Shown: positions 1 to 13,565, counted from the first letter of the stretch. The stretch: DNA of 64,000 nt from Octopus bimaculoides (GCF_001194135.2 NC_068983.1:79037450-79101449); one strand, 5' to 3'. Program-made: numbers and translations. The notes: generated from the letters alone by a model not told the origin.

Positions 1-74
1 TATATATATATACACACACACAGACATACATATATATGATAAAAATATATGTACATATACATGCATATACATAA

Positions 75-124
<50 letters not shown>

Positions 125-809
125 GTACAGTAAATCTAAGAAAATTCTTTATATTCTTTTGTATACTTTTCAGTTATTTCCTAACACAGTAAAGGAACTT
201 ATCAACAGTACATTAATGAAACACCTTTTTCATTTAACTGATTGCAATCATAGGAAAAAAATACAAAAATTAAATATGTTATGTAAAGTAAAAGAAAAAA
301 CATATTCCCAAATTGGGTAAGTCCTGGAAGAGATTTTAATAATAATAATAATGAAGACAATGATGATGACGATGGTCGTGGTTGTGGTGATGGTGGTGGT
401 AATAGTAATAATAAGTGACTTGATTGTTTCTCTAGCAAAAATATCTTTCATACTATCATGTGGTTTCTATTTACATGCTGACAATCCAGGAGTATAAATA
501 TAAGATTGAAAAAAAAAAACAAAGAAAACAGAAATTATTCAGCAAAAAATAAATGAATATCAAGTAAGACTGTGTCAGATATTACCCTATTAAGCTGATT
601 TGTAATTGAAAGATACAATATATAATAAAAACAAAATGAAAAGAAATAAAAAAGGGAATTATTATTTCTATTGAACAACAAATAATATTTAACACTGAAA
701 TAGCTCTTCAGAATTAGAACTATGATTTAATATTTGATATATGATCTTAATATAGAAATATTGAGCATTAACACATTTGAGTTTGTGGACCTCTTTGTAT
801 GTGTCTATT

Positions 810-1013
810 TATCAGTACGTATGTATGTATGCATGTATGTATGTATGCATGTATGTGTGCATGCATATATGTATGCATGTATGTATATATGTATTATATG
901 TATGTATGTGTATATATAAACATATAAGTTCTTGTATATGTGTATGAAAAAATGTGTTTGTATAAATAAAATATTCAAATTTTTATGTGTACACATAGAT
1001 GTGTGCCTGTATG

Positions 1014-1045
<32 letters not shown>

Positions 1046-1084
1046 CATGTGTATACACACACAAGCACACACTCTCTCACACGC

Positions 1085-1115
<31 letters not shown>
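810..1115. repeat. Compound microsatellite (ATGT)n/(TA)n/(CA)n
   Basis: Direct inspection; produces the spurious [12 protein letters not shown] ORFs. Confidence 0.95.
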
Positions 1116-1339
1116 ATGTTGTGAAATAATTCTTTTTGGGAACAGTGGGCTTTGAATCACATAAAGTTATAAATAATAATACATGAAAATTTTGGATAGA
1201 AAAAAGTAGGCTACCCCTTGGACATGAACCCACATATCCTGTAGACATGACGAGCATTCTGCCAGTCAAAAAATATATCCTGAATGCATAAATCAGGTCT
1301 TTGTCATTGAATCTTGAAAATTTATACTTCAGAACAATT

Positions 1340-2190
1340 ATTTCCTATTTGATGACACCTACTATCGTCAAAAATGCAGAAAGCACCCCTTGTTCTAGCG
1401 AACCTAATAGTGGGTTATATTGAATTCATCATATATCACTGCAAAAATATGGTTATCCATTTCACCTTTATATAAGAGAAAACTGGAACGATACTTGGAT
1501 GACTGTTTAATCATTTGGATGGAGACCATTGATAAACTTTTGGAATTCAAATCAACACAAATTGATATAAACTATAATATTCATTTCATAATGGAATATA
1601 GCAAAGAACAGCTCTCATTTTTGGATATTATGACAAAAAAAAGTCAACAACCAAATTATAACTGACATCTGTTGTAAACTAACGGACTCGAAACAATATC
1701 TTCTTTTTAGCTCATGCCACCTGAAACACATCAAAATAAATACCGCTATAATTTGGCAAAAAGGATTTGCACAATAGTGTCTGATAGAACTACTTGGGAC
1801 CTTCGTCTTCAAGACCTCAGAACAACACTAACTGAAAGACAATATCCACCCTCGCTTATAGGCGATGGAATTAAGGATGCAAGAAACACTAAGGACAACA
1901 AAACATAACACCGCGCCTCATCTCAACATACTACTTTATATATCAACTCACAATCCTAGAAACAATGAGGCATACAACACTATTGTGTAAAATCTTCCTT
2001 TACTAACTAGATACCCAAAAATGAATAACATCCCGAAAACACATAAATTTATCAAATGCAAAAAGCAACACAAATTGCTAAAGAGACTTCTAACAAATGT
2101 GAAGCTTTACACAACAACCACGAAACCAATGGTTAAAATATGTGGATGCCCAAACTGTAGAACGTACCCCAACCTACTTGAAGGATGTCA
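1340..2190 (+). mobile_element. Penelope-like element remnant (RT C-terminal half and linker)
   Basis: ORF 1420-1665 has RYLDDCLIIW and FIMEYSKEQLSFLDI; ORF 1714-1908 has YNLAKRICTIVSD...LTERQYPPSLI (PLE thumb); downstream CGCPNCRT motif. Frameshifts and stops. Confidence 0.85.
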
Positions 2191-2587
2191 CAGATGATGA
2201 CATTCTAACTTTTCATCATCTGACAGAAGATCACCTCCTCCAAATGAAGGATTCCTAGTTCTCATTAGTAGTTCTCATTAGAACTGCCTTCTAGGAGAAA
2301 GTAAACATGTAAAAAAAACAAAAGCAAGAGCAGCTGTACATATGGTGTGTTTAGTCAGCAACTATGTACAGCTTTATCTGAAGTTTAAAGTAAGCTGTAT
2401 AGACCAATTTGCACATTCAGGACTTTGTGGCAATACACTTGAACATTACATTATTGGCTTGCTAATAAATATTGGTGGGTAAAAGGTATATTCTATAATA
2501 TGTTATAGCAACAAAACACAATACTGTTAAGACACCTGTAATTTAGTGTTCAGCCTCACTGTCAAGCAAGTAGTAGTTAAATGTAGT

Positions 2588-2740
2588 TTCTAATATAGGC
2601 ATAAGGCCTGAAACTTACGCGAGTGGGGTTAGTTGATTACATTAATTTCACTGCTGAAATGGTGCTTATTTTATCAACTCTGTAAGGATGAAATGCAAAG
2701 TCAACCTTAGTGAAATTTGAACTCAGAAAGTAAAGAGCCA
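2588..2740 (-). mobile_element. SINE family B fragment
   Basis: Diverged match to the better copy at 7813-8005 (ataggcataaggcctgaaa...ggatgaaatgcaaagtcaacc...tttgaactcag). Confidence 0.7.
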
Positions 2741-3049
2741 GAAAGGAAAGTACTAAATATGCAAATAGGTTTATTTAGGTTACTTTAACCTCTAATTAGT
2801 GTAATTAGTGGGTTCTACTGAAATTAATGCAAAATTGGACATAACTTCCTTTTATTTGCTCACACAAGTCATTCAGACTGCACTTTTTATTTAGTTAAGC
2901 AACTCTTCTTTCATACAGAAGTATGATCTAATTTAGTCTCCTTCAAATGATGCATTTGTGCCATCGTTGAACTTTACTCTTGGATCTTCTTTCATTAGAC
3001 AGAATAGTTAGTAGTTTGAGGGTATCAAGATCTGAGTGGAATGGTAAAT

Positions 3050-3760
3050 GAGAGACTACTGACCAGCTCAGTTTGCTGATAGTGTAATTTGTTACCAAAG
3101 ATGATGTGGTTGCAGCACATTGTCATGGTGAATGTGAATCCATTATGGAGTCTTATTTAGTCACATCCTCCTCATTTCTAAGTATGCCTCACTGTACCAC
3201 AGTTCATGATACTGCTGCATTCCAGAAAATCAAAGAAAATACATGTTTGTTATTATCCAAAATTGTCACCATGACTTTCTACATCAGACACTGGCTCTTG
3301 AACTTCTTAGGCTTAGAGAAGAAATGTGATGCCATTCCATAGACTTAGCTTTCATTTCCAGATCGTAAAGATATGCCCAAGATTCATCCCCTATCGCCAG
3401 AAATAAAATGGAGACATGTCTTTGCTGGTTTCAAAAGCTTTCTACAGATCAGCAGATTTCTTGATTTCTCTCCTTGAAATTTGGTATCAGTTACCAAGGT
3501 ACACACTTTCTAGTAATTAGTGTCTTCTGCCATCTTCTGAAATGCATTGCAACTTCAGTTTAGTTGTGCATCAAGCTTATAGGTTGTGATTAGTTTATTC
3601 ATATCAATCAATTATCCACTCACTGATGATTTGTATTAATGGTCTTAGTTGATGGTCTCCCACCACATGTTTTATTTTAATGCTTGTTTTTTTCTGTGCA
3701 TATTACTCTTGTCAATGGTATTATCTCCTTAAGCAATCTGCAACTTCTTTAGATGTCAGA
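3050..3760 (-). mobile_element. Mariner-type transposase remnant
   Basis: Minus-strand manual translation gives FLAIGDESWAYLYDLEMKAKSMEWHH, KPKKFKSQ and IHHDNV catalytic-region motifs; many stops. Confidence 0.8.
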
Positions 3761-3950
3761 CAGTCTGCACACCTCCTTTGCTTGCAACCCAAATAGATGC
3801 AATGCAGAAACCAGGAAGAAAAGCAATGAAGAGAACCATGAAGAAGACTTACAATAGAAAAAGAGTTATTCTACTGATGACACCAGTTTGAATGACATGT
3901 CAGTCTCAATAAAAAGCTATGCCCACTTTAGCCTTACTTTTGGTACAACC

Positions 3951-3986
<36 letters not shown>

Positions 3987-4309
3987 CATTTCCATTTGCA
4001 CATGTGTATGCACGTGCACATGTGTGTATGTGTGTGTGCACATAGACAACACAAACACACATTATTTCTTTGAGTGTCTGTAAATGTGTAAATGTACTAC
4101 ATGTAGATACATTTAGAAACCTAAGGTCTGTGTTGGTGGTGCTATCTGATCTGTTTTTATAGGTTTTCAGTTCATATTAGCTGACAGACATTTACAGGAT
4201 TAATTTACTTACAGTCTTTGATTCTAAAATTTTGTGATCATATGAATGTTTGCTCTAATATGTGTATGTGTACCTGCAAGTGTATGTATACATCTCTTTG
4301 TGTTACTTT

Positions 4310-4430
<121 letters not shown>

Positions 4431-4714
4431 TTCTGTGTGTGAGCATATGAACATCTCTATGTATGTATGTATACAATTTTATAAATGTTTAGCATATAAG
4501 TAACGGCCGCCAGTGTGATAAGAAATGGGAGAGAAAATAAGATGAATGAATGAGAGAAAAGTCGTTTCAATTCATCTTATATTTATTGTTAAATTATATT
4601 AGAAACGATGGCCCAATTGGGAACAACAGAAAATCGAAAAGAAATTCTTTTTACACACTTATGTGGTTGATATTTGGTTCTGTGGTTATGTGATCAGAGA
4701 AGAGAGTATCAGTG

Positions 4715-5110
4715 GATTACAAGTATCATCTGCCATAATGTATCTCTTAAGCACGTAGCAGATTAGGTCATTTGTATCGCAAACTTTCATGATGACAAGT
4801 CATATTGCAGCTGGGTTGATGTAACTTTAGGCTGCATTCTGATCCTGCAGCCCACCTGATTTGCTCTTAAACCTTGTCTGTTTTCTTCTCAGTGAGTTAG
4901 CTTATCTTAAGCTTGACCAATTTGCATTTGCCTTTGAATCATTAGTATTTTTGCTGACATCAGTCAATAAATTTGATGTGTACTTGCAAAGCATCGTTGA
5001 TTAGTTTGTTCATGACATTATCACTCAATTTGAAAAACCCAATTGCTGTTTATCAAAAGCTTTTGAATCGGAAATAATGAGTCCCAGGTTCCTATTGATG
5101 CAAAGGTCTA
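4715..5110 (-). mobile_element. Highly degraded non-LTR RT fragment (CR1/L2/Jockey-like)
   Basis: Minus-strand DSKAFDK near 5060 and NDLICYVLKRYIMADDT near 4730, at plausible RT spacing. Confidence 0.4.
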
Positions 5111-5914
5111 CTACATTATTCCCTGAGTTAGTTATCACTGAATGAAATCAGAATACAAGCATTGCATGCTGTGCTACTGATCATAATAGGTTCTGCAAAG
5201 AAATGGTAAACAAACAAAGAATATGAGAACACAAATATAGTTTTCAATGAGTACACAAAAAGATGCACATTGAAGAATGTATGTGATACAAGGCCAGAAA
5301 CAAGCATCTTCGATATCAGAAGTGAGAATCTGAACTGGTGTATACATGAATGGGATTTGGTGAGTGTGTATATGCATGCAAGACACTAGTAGCCACATTT
5401 TTTATGCATCTCAGTACATATTCAATTGCATTTAGACATGGATTGTATACCTATGCAAATGCATCTGAATAGAATGGAGTGCAGGGATATGTATAAATGT
5501 ATGTGCATATTCAAGTGAGTCAGAATATGTTGTACTGCATATTTAAGTGAGTTTGAATATGACAAAGCATATTTAACCAACTCTGAATATGGTCAGCTGT
5601 GTCAATCACTTTTCATTGAATGGAGGTAAAGAGAAACACTGCAATTCTCGATCTATGGTATAATAACAATTCTTCCCAATGAGCTAGCTTATTTTAAATG
5701 CACTCAAAAATTTCAATTTGTCAATCAATGACTTAGCTTTTGACTGTTATTTAGTGTTATTGGTTACCTCTTCATGACCTCATTAGTCAGTTTGAAATTT
5801 CCTATTTCAAAATAACAACCCTGAGTTTGAACTGAAGCAGAAACCTACCGTGAATTTGTGTAATACACATATTCACATGTACACATAAATACATACATAC
5901 ATATATGCATAGAG

Positions 5915-6472
5915 GCATCATATGTTGTGTGCAAGAGAGAAGACTGCTGGTTTGGTCACGTGATGTGTATGGATGAGGACAGTTGTGTAAAGAAATGCTA
6001 AGCTCTAATTGTGGAGGGTACCTGTGGAAGGGGTAGATCCAGGAACTTGTGGGGCAAGGTGGTGAGAAAGGATCTTCAAGATGCTGAGCCTTACTGAGAA
6101 AATGACAAGAGACCGGGAGGTGTGGCATTTTGCTGTATTTGACAAGACACATCAAGATAAGTAAAATTGCTGTCTTCCACACACACAGGCTTCTCCTTTC
6201 AGTTGTCAGTGCCACTTAAAAAGCACCCATGCCAGTGCTGCTTTAACACAGCCATGCCAATACTGTGCAAGTGCATACAAGACAGTGACACATAAAAAGC
6301 ACCCAGCATACTCTGTTAAGTAAGTGGTTGGCACTAGGAAGGGCATCTAGGTGTAGAAACCATGCCACAACAGACAGTTGGAGTCTGAACAGCTCCCTGC
6401 TAGCCAACTGCGTGCCAAACCATCAAACCCATGCTAGCATGGAAAGTGGATGTTAAATGATGTTGATGATAA
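5915..6472 (+). mobile_element. RTE LINE 3' end plus family D tail
   Basis: WFGHVMCMDEDSCVKKC...GRGRSR C-terminal RTE motif, then aaaagcaccc repeats, aggaagggcatc, aacccatgctagcatggaaagtggatgttaaatgatg tail. Confidence 0.8.
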
Positions 6473-6516
6473 AACATACATGGGAAAGGCTATATATATA
6501 TATATATATATATATT

Positions 6517-6797
6517 GGGGGATAATTCACAAAAAAAAACAAAAGATGAAGACAGGTGGTGTAGACAACAAACAGATGTATTAGTATAATGCTCGGGAAG
6601 TGAAAATGTCTGTAACATTTCAAGCCTACGCTCTTCCACAGAAAGAAACAAGGAGAGAAAAAAAGAAGTGGCTAGTGATCTTAGGCTCGAAACGTTAAAG
6701 AATTTTTCACTTCCTGAGCGTTATACTAATACATCTGTTTGTTGTCTACACCACCTCACTTCGTCTTTTGTTTTTTGTTTTTTTGTGAATTCTCCCC
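6517..6797. mobile_element. Inverted pair of Penelope-type terminal repeats
   Basis: 6517-6625 is the reverse complement of ~6690-6797 (ggggataattcacaaaaaaa...gtgtagacaacaaacagatgtattagt / actaatacatctgtttgttgtctacac...ttttgtgaattctcccc); TA-flanked; carries a hammerhead-like motif. Confidence 0.7.
6606..6650 (-). ncRNA. Minimal hammerhead-ribozyme-like motif, variant core
   Basis: Minus strand: UCUUU CUGUGGA A GAGC-GUAG-GCUU GAAAU GUU ACAGA; the plus-strand partner keeps GGCUC GAAAC GUU AAAGA. Confidence 0.55.
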
Positions 6798-7320
6798 ATA
6801 TATTACACGCTCACATGATCGCACCAGTTGATCCTGTCTCCTCTCATCACCCATGAACTTCTACAGATTCTCTACTGGACTTTCTACACTTCAGCTGCAC
6901 CTCTTCTACCTATGGATTACACTGGACTCCTCTGTTGATGTATATATATATATATATATACATGTATGTATGTATGTATATGCATATATAAACAGGCATA
7001 ACTATAGTCAGGAATTTACCTTACAATCATGAGATCTCCACTTCAATCCTACTCTGTTCCATTTAACTTAGGAAAGTGTATTTTACCATAGTCTTAGATC
7101 TGTGTAAGAAAACTTAGACAGGAATTGTATGGAAGCCTGTCAAATGAAGCAAATTTATGATTCAGTATTGTACTTGGCATATTATTGCTTGACATCTTAA
7201 GATCAAACTATAGGCTTTAATGTAGAAGGAAAATTAAACAAGGCAACCAAACCATTCTATGCTACATATCTAAGCTGTGTATGTGATGTATCTAAGAGGC
7301 ATATAGAATAATATTTTCAA

Positions 7321-7370
<50 letters not shown>

Positions 7371-7812
7371 CACACATACACACACATAAAAAAAACTGGT
7401 ATCTTGTAGCATTCATTGAAAGCATTGTACACTAAAATTTCTCAAACACTTTGCTAGATAATTTTGTAAATCTAATAAGAAGGATTTCCCAGTTGTCGAT
7501 ACTACAAATTACATCTATAAAAAATATAGACTGATTAAACTATTCTTCAGATAATTTTGTGCACCAAGCTCCTGCTAATATGCTTGTATTTGACTTCTAC
7601 TAAGTTTCTTCTTAATATCCTTGTGTTACTTAACAAAATTTTCCTATACTGTTTTGGCATAATTTAAGAACTGAAACTGTATGAAAATAGTATTCCTAAA
7701 CTTGTTCATCATTTTTATGCTGTTGACTTCACTCAATTAATAGGTATTGAGTACTTTAGTTAGAAAAGTTTGCACTTACTTCTATAAAAAATAATTTAGA
7801 TAATAATAATAA

Positions 7813-8005
7813 TCTTTTCTACTCTAGGCACAAGGCCCCAAAATTGGGGGAAGGGGGCCAGTCGATTAGATCGATCTAGTACGCAACTGGTACTTAATTT
7901 ATCGCTCCCAAAAGGACGAAAGGCAAAGGATGAAATGCAAGGACAAACAAAATACCTCTAAGCATTTCGTCCGGCTTGCTAATGTTTCTGCCAGCTCGCC
8001 ACCTT
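7813..8005 (-). mobile_element. SINE family B, well-preserved copy embedded in (AAT)n
   Basis: Minus strand has a ggcgagctggcagaa head, cctttgcctttcgtcc...ataaattaagtaccag body and ggccttgtgcctagagtagaaaaga(tta)n tail. Confidence 0.85.
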
Positions 8006-8074
8006 AGATAATAATAATAATAATTTTCAACTAGCAATAATGATAATGATGATAAAAATAATAATGATTTCATT

Positions 8075-8460
8075 TATTTGCTACCAAGGCAAAGGATGAG
8101 GGTGACAATAAAAAGACAGACACAACGTTTGGGGGTTTATGTATGATAAAATAAGTAAATAAATAAAAAAGAGCAAGTATACACAGTATTCAATGAAAAG
8201 GAAGGGAAATATACATAGTATACAAAGGTTAAAAATAAATATAAAAAGGTGTGGGATGATAGTATTGTAGTCCTCTTGATACAGGGTCACCTCTAGGAAT
8301 AATCAAGGAACCCCACCATCTACAATCTCCCTGAACACTAAGGGCAAGAGCCCTCTCTAATTCGTTTTCTCTGACTCACAGGTCTACACTTAGACACATA
8401 CCATCCACTCTTGCCATTTTTGCAACTTTCACCTACCTTTCAATAAACTCACTTGAGAAC
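8075..8460 (-). mobile_element. Possible L1/Tx1-like LINE 3' end
   Basis: Minus strand: coding-like tail, T-rich UTR, AATAAA before the ATT repeat; no diagnostic motif. Confidence 0.3.
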
Positions 8461-9084
8461 AGCACTTCTCTCTCCACAACAACAACAACAATAATAATAA
8501 TGATGATAATTTATTATTATTGTTGTTATTGTTGTTGTCCTTCTTCTTCATCCACTTCTTCTTTACACCACCACCACCACTACTACTACTAAAAGGGTAG
8601 CAATTTTTTTTTTTTACTTTATATTTTGTGAGGATGGGGTGAATTGGAAAGAAAGAGCAGTGACATAAGCAGCTGAAAGGCCCCACCAGAAGAGGAAAAA
8701 GAGAATGACAAAGAGAAGTAAGTAGGACATGCATCCATTCACCTTGACTGCCTGAGGTTGAATTTGGCATCTGAATTTGGTGCTAGTCTTTCAACGATTT
8801 TAACAAACATGACAAAGCGGGTATTTGTTTAACTCCAGGCAGCAAAACTAACTGGTGAGGATTTCAGAGTTTGAAATCATGTGATATGGGTGTATCTGCA
8901 AATTCATTGGCATCTTTTCCCCTGCAATGGTAGGTTGGCTTTTTACTCGCTCTTTGATTTCATCAGCTTGTTAAATTTTGAGTGGTATTGTGGCTTATTT
9001 GAGTATTTTTCGACTCTTGTTTCTAGCAATGCTGGTACTATCTAGTACCCTTAATTATAAATTTATACATGCACATATATATAC

Positions 9085-9245
9085 ATATATTTATGTGATA
9101 CTGTTCTTTCAGTCCTTGCCTACTAAATCTATTCACAAGACATTGGTTGGACTGAAGCGATAGTAGAGGATAATTGTGCAAGGTTCCACACAGTGAAATT
9201 GAACAGAAAAACACAAGGATGAACCTTCTTAACTACACAGCAAAC
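9085..9245 (-). mobile_element. SINE family C head, degraded
   Basis: Matches the 47218-47626 copy (ttctttcagt...cacaag...tagtagag...caaggttccacacagtg). Confidence 0.65.
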
Positions 9246-9261
9246 AGAGAGAGAGAGAGAG

Positions 9262-9299
<38 letters not shown>

Positions 9300-11532
9300 A
9301 GAGTGAGAAGGAGAGAGGGACGAAAGAGGGAGAGAGTGTTGTGTGTGTATGTGTATTGGAAAGAGAGAGAGGGGGGTAAAAGTGTGTGTATGCTGGAGAG
9401 AGAGATTTATATATTATAAAGAATTTTAAGATTTTGTCAATAGTAAGAAAATATGCAAGATGAATATACTATGAGAAATTTATCAAGGAAATCTAGAACC
9501 TACTTCTTACATAGTTTTAGATTGAAATGCAACTTGGAAGTTATTGTTCTGCTCAGAAACATAAAAATGTCAACATCATATGGGAGTTTCATGCTCAATT
9601 GTTTATCCTCTTATTGTTTCATCTCTTCATAATCTATTGAAGCTTTCAAAGTGTTGGAGAATAATTTCATAAGGAGATTATTGTTATTGTTGTTGTTGGT
9701 ATTGTTCTTTATGTTTCTGTTATTGTTGCTGCTATTACTGTTCTTCTTGCTTAGCATTTTCGTCATGGTCAAAAAATAAAAAAAAAATATTAGAATGAGA
9801 GAAAGAGAGGCAGTGATAAGACTTAGCTTCACTTGGACAACTACGTTTTGAATCTGAAACAGGTAAATGTGGGTTTATTAAGTTCTAAACTATAGAAATT
9901 ATTGTGTTGACAGTTGGAGACTTATTGTTCTTGTTGCTTTCAAAACTATTGTCATCGTCATTCGCATCATTGCTATTGTCAACATGGTTGTTGTTTGCTT
10001 GTCTATGATCAGAAGTATTCCAGCTATGGCTAGCTCTTTGTTGTTGTCTTTTTCATGTATAGTTTATCTAGGATTGCATGCGGCAATGTCTCCTTTCTTG
10101 TTATTAAAGACAGTAAAGTATCTTTAATAAGAGATTTGGCTTCTATTTTCAGCATATCATAAGACCACATGGATCACTACACTGATTCAAACCAGAAGTG
10201 TTTATTATTAATCAAGTAAATGTTTATTGTTATGGCTTTTTTTTTTTTTTTTAATTAATCAACCACCATGGTGATCTCAGAGAAATCTCAATCTTATACC
10301 ATTTCGTGCATGCAATCATACTTCATCACCAGTTGATTTTAGCCTGCAAGAAACAAGAAAAACAGCAGGTCTTTTTTTTTTTTTTTCCTTCAGTTTACTT
10401 ATTCAAGAGAGGCAGAGCTATAAATGTCTCCAATTGAATTTCAAAGTTGTTTTGTCGATGAAATGATAGAAATGGGACAGCATGTATGTGTTTGGTTTCT
10501 TTTCCTCTTTGTCAAGACCAAAATCATTCTGTCTATTAATACATCTTAATAAATCACTTCGTAACTACCCCTGATTCTTTATCAGATCTGTTTGTACTTA
10601 AGCAACCCCACTGTTATCATTATTATTTCTTCTGTAATACTTTTATTTTTTTCATTCTTGAAAAATTATGTATCTTGAACACATCATCTTCTCTCCCACT
10701 CCATGCATCTCTCTGATTCAGTATGAACAAAGCTGATGATGGGGATGAAAGTGAATTATGAGTGAATTATAAGTTATTAAAGTAACCACTGTACCATTCA
10801 TTTCATTCTTGTAATCTATCTCAATCTCCAATAATGGAAGATGATTTCTGTAAAAATTATATAAATAGCTTTGCTTGGAAATGTAGAGGTACAGAACCAA
10901 AATATAACATTGGTTTAAGTTGCTTCTATTGACAATCCACAATGGAAACGGTCTCTGTTATGGATTTTATCCTGCTGACAGCTGGTGCTATGACAGGATG
11001 TTCTTGGACTAGTGGTAAACGATTTGTCAGATGGTAAAGAATTTTTTTTTTTACATATAAATAACACAGGAGAAAGGAAAGAAATTGAATATAATTGAAA
11101 GAGAGAGCTAGTGAGAGATAATGGGAAAAGGTAAGAGTAAAAATAAATACAAGGATGGAGGAATGGAAAACATGAATGAATAGTAAAATAGAAAGCAAAA
11201 TTAAATATCAAAAAGCAAGGAGTTCAGTTCATAAGATGAAAATAAGGATAGATGGGTAAACAGATGGATCGATAAATAGGTTGATAGATGAATTAATAGA
11301 TGGCCAGCTGGACAGATGAGAGGGTTAAGGGAATGGAGGAATGGATGGTAATATAAATAGACAATCAGAAAGGATGACAAAAAATGCAAATAGAAAAAGA
11401 TTGTGCATGAACAGGCAAATACATAGAAATAAGTAGGAAAAGTAACAGCTTGACCAATAAGCAAATAGTGTACTTTAGATTTATACAGTAGCATATACAT
11501 ACACACACACAGACATATATATATATATACAT

Positions 11533-11590
<58 letters not shown>

Positions 11591-11676
11591 GGGGAGAGTT
11601 ACAAGCAAACACATGTATATGCATATATATACACACATATACATATATATGTATAATTATATATATATATATATAT

Positions 11677-12155
11677 CATCATCATCATCCCTTAACGTCT
11701 CTTGTCTATGCTGGCATGAGTTGGATGGTTTGACCAGGGCTGGTAAGCTGGAAGGTTGCACCAGACACTAGTCTGACTTGGCATGGTTTTCTATGACTGG
11801 ATGCTCTTCTTAACACCAACCACTCGAGAGTGTAATGGGTACTTTTACATTTCACTAGTACAGGTTCCATGTGTGTGACACTAGTATCTACCATGACTGC
11901 AATTTTGCTCAGTTTGATGGATCCTCTTCTTAAGCATGACATAATGCCAAAATTTTCAGTCATTGCCTCCGTGAGGCCCAACACTTAAAAGTAACTCAGC
12001 CACTTGGCCTCCCTGAGGCCCAATGCTCGAAAAGTACTCAGCCACTTTGTCTCCATAAGGTCCAACACTCTAAAAGAACTCCACCACTTTGCCTCCATGT
12101 GGCCCAACACTCGAAAGGAACTCAGTCACTTTACTTCCATGAGGCTCAACACTCA
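11677..12155 (-). mobile_element. RTE 3' end/family D tail with 42-bp tandem array
   Basis: (CAT)n tail, ttaacgtc...atgctggcatg...ttggatgg motif, MLGLTEAMT C-terminus, ~4.5 units of 42 bp at 11965-12153. Confidence 0.75.
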
Positions 12156-12601
12156 ACATATAAGTATATACACACAAACATAGCTATATAGACATAAATA
12201 AATATATATAGAAATAGGTATGTGCACACATACATATACATATGTACACATATGTATAGAAATATGTTTGTATATGTACAAAGGAAAGAAAAGAGTACTT
12301 AATATATTATGTAGAGTTTTCATTTGTAGACAAGCAGCTGGGGATTCACACAACTATTTCTCAGTTTTTAAGGTATGAAATCACATATTTGCTATGACCG
12401 GCAGATGGAATACACTTTTGCAATCAGTCAGCCCAGATCCTATGTTGCCATGATGTTGATATAAGAAAAGGCAATATAAATTAAGTATCAAAGGATAACT
12501 AATTTAACACAAACCAATGGTGTGCCTATAGGGTTTGAGAACACAAGTATACAGTATATCCATTTAGTACATCTCCACACACCTTCAGACCTTCAATTTT
12601 A

Positions 12602-12915
12602 CATGGGACTATAGTTGAAAAGTGTAACTGAAGCCATAAGAACATGATTTTTATATTGTATGTGTTGTATATATATATGGTTTCCAGAAATGATTGTCTG
12701 AATTTGTCAAGTTTGGCATTCATAAGGAATGTAATATTTATTCATGTATAAACACAGACGTGATTGGTTAAGAAATGTAATTCCCAACTATGTGTTCTTG
12801 GGTTCGGTCCCACTGTGCAGAACATGGATAAGTGCCCTTCTACTATAGGGCTGGGCCAACCAAAGTCTTGTTAATGGATTTGGCTGTTGGAAACTGAAAG
12901 AAGCCTGTTGTGTGT
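12602..12915 (+). repeat. ~315-bp direct repeat, copy 1 (unique flank plus SINE C head)
   Basis: Aligns end to end with 15688-16000 (catgggactatagttgaaaagtgtaactgaagccataagaacatgat...). Confidence 0.9.
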
Positions 12916-12984
12916 GTGTGTGTGTGTGTGTATACCACACTCACTACATCTCTATGTAAAATTATGTACACTCGCTTTTATCTT

Positions 12985-13565
12985 TTGCTTGTTTCAATCA
13001 TTATACTGTGGCCATGCAGGGGCTCCACCTTGGAGAATTTGTTTTATTTGAATGAATCAATGCATTGCCCTGGATGATGGCAAGGGAGATGGCACTAGAA
13101 CAGCTACTCTGCTAAGGATGTAAACACACCAGCACCATTTGTCAAGCAGTGGTGGGGGGGGGACACACACACAAACACACATACAAGACACACACATGCA
13201 CACAAAGACACACATACAAGCACGCAGACACACACACACACACACACATACAAAGACACACTCACACACAAACACAAACATACACACAAAGACACAAACA
13301 AACACACGCACAAACACAACCCCCCCCCCCATCGCNNNNNNNNNNCACAAAGACACAAACAAACACACGCACAAACACAACCCCCCCCCCCATCGCTTGA
13401 CAACTGATGTTGGTGTGTTTACGTCCCCTTAAATTAGTAGTTCGGCAAGAGTGACTGATAGAATAAGTACTAAGCTTACAAAGATAAGTCCTGGTGTCGA
13501 TTTGTCTGACTAAAATCAGTGTTCCAGCATGGCCACAGTCAAATGACTGAAACAAGTAAAAGAAG
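12985..13565. mobile_element. Two SINE C 3' halves in opposite orientation around a CA tract and a 10-N gap
   Basis: Minus-strand tail at 12985-13150; plus-strand tail at 13390-13565 (catcgcttgacaac...gactgaaacaagtaaaaga). Confidence 0.75.

Noticed and set aside
8839-8929. AG...GT-bounded exon-like segments (also near 10392 and 26590)
   Set aside because: Stops in all three frames; no supporting evidence.
10005-10180. Old dispersed repeat (gagatttggct.ctattt..agca; also near 21185, 39480, 42920, 50750, 56240)
   Set aside because: Probably a real old family, but too degraded to set boundaries or class.
11965-12153. Regularly spaced repeats resembling CRISPR
   Set aside because: Contiguous tandem units with no unique spacers, eukaryotic context, no cas genes.
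13281-13395. Duplicated CA-rich 50 bp around a 10-N gap
   Set aside because: Assembly overlap artefact.
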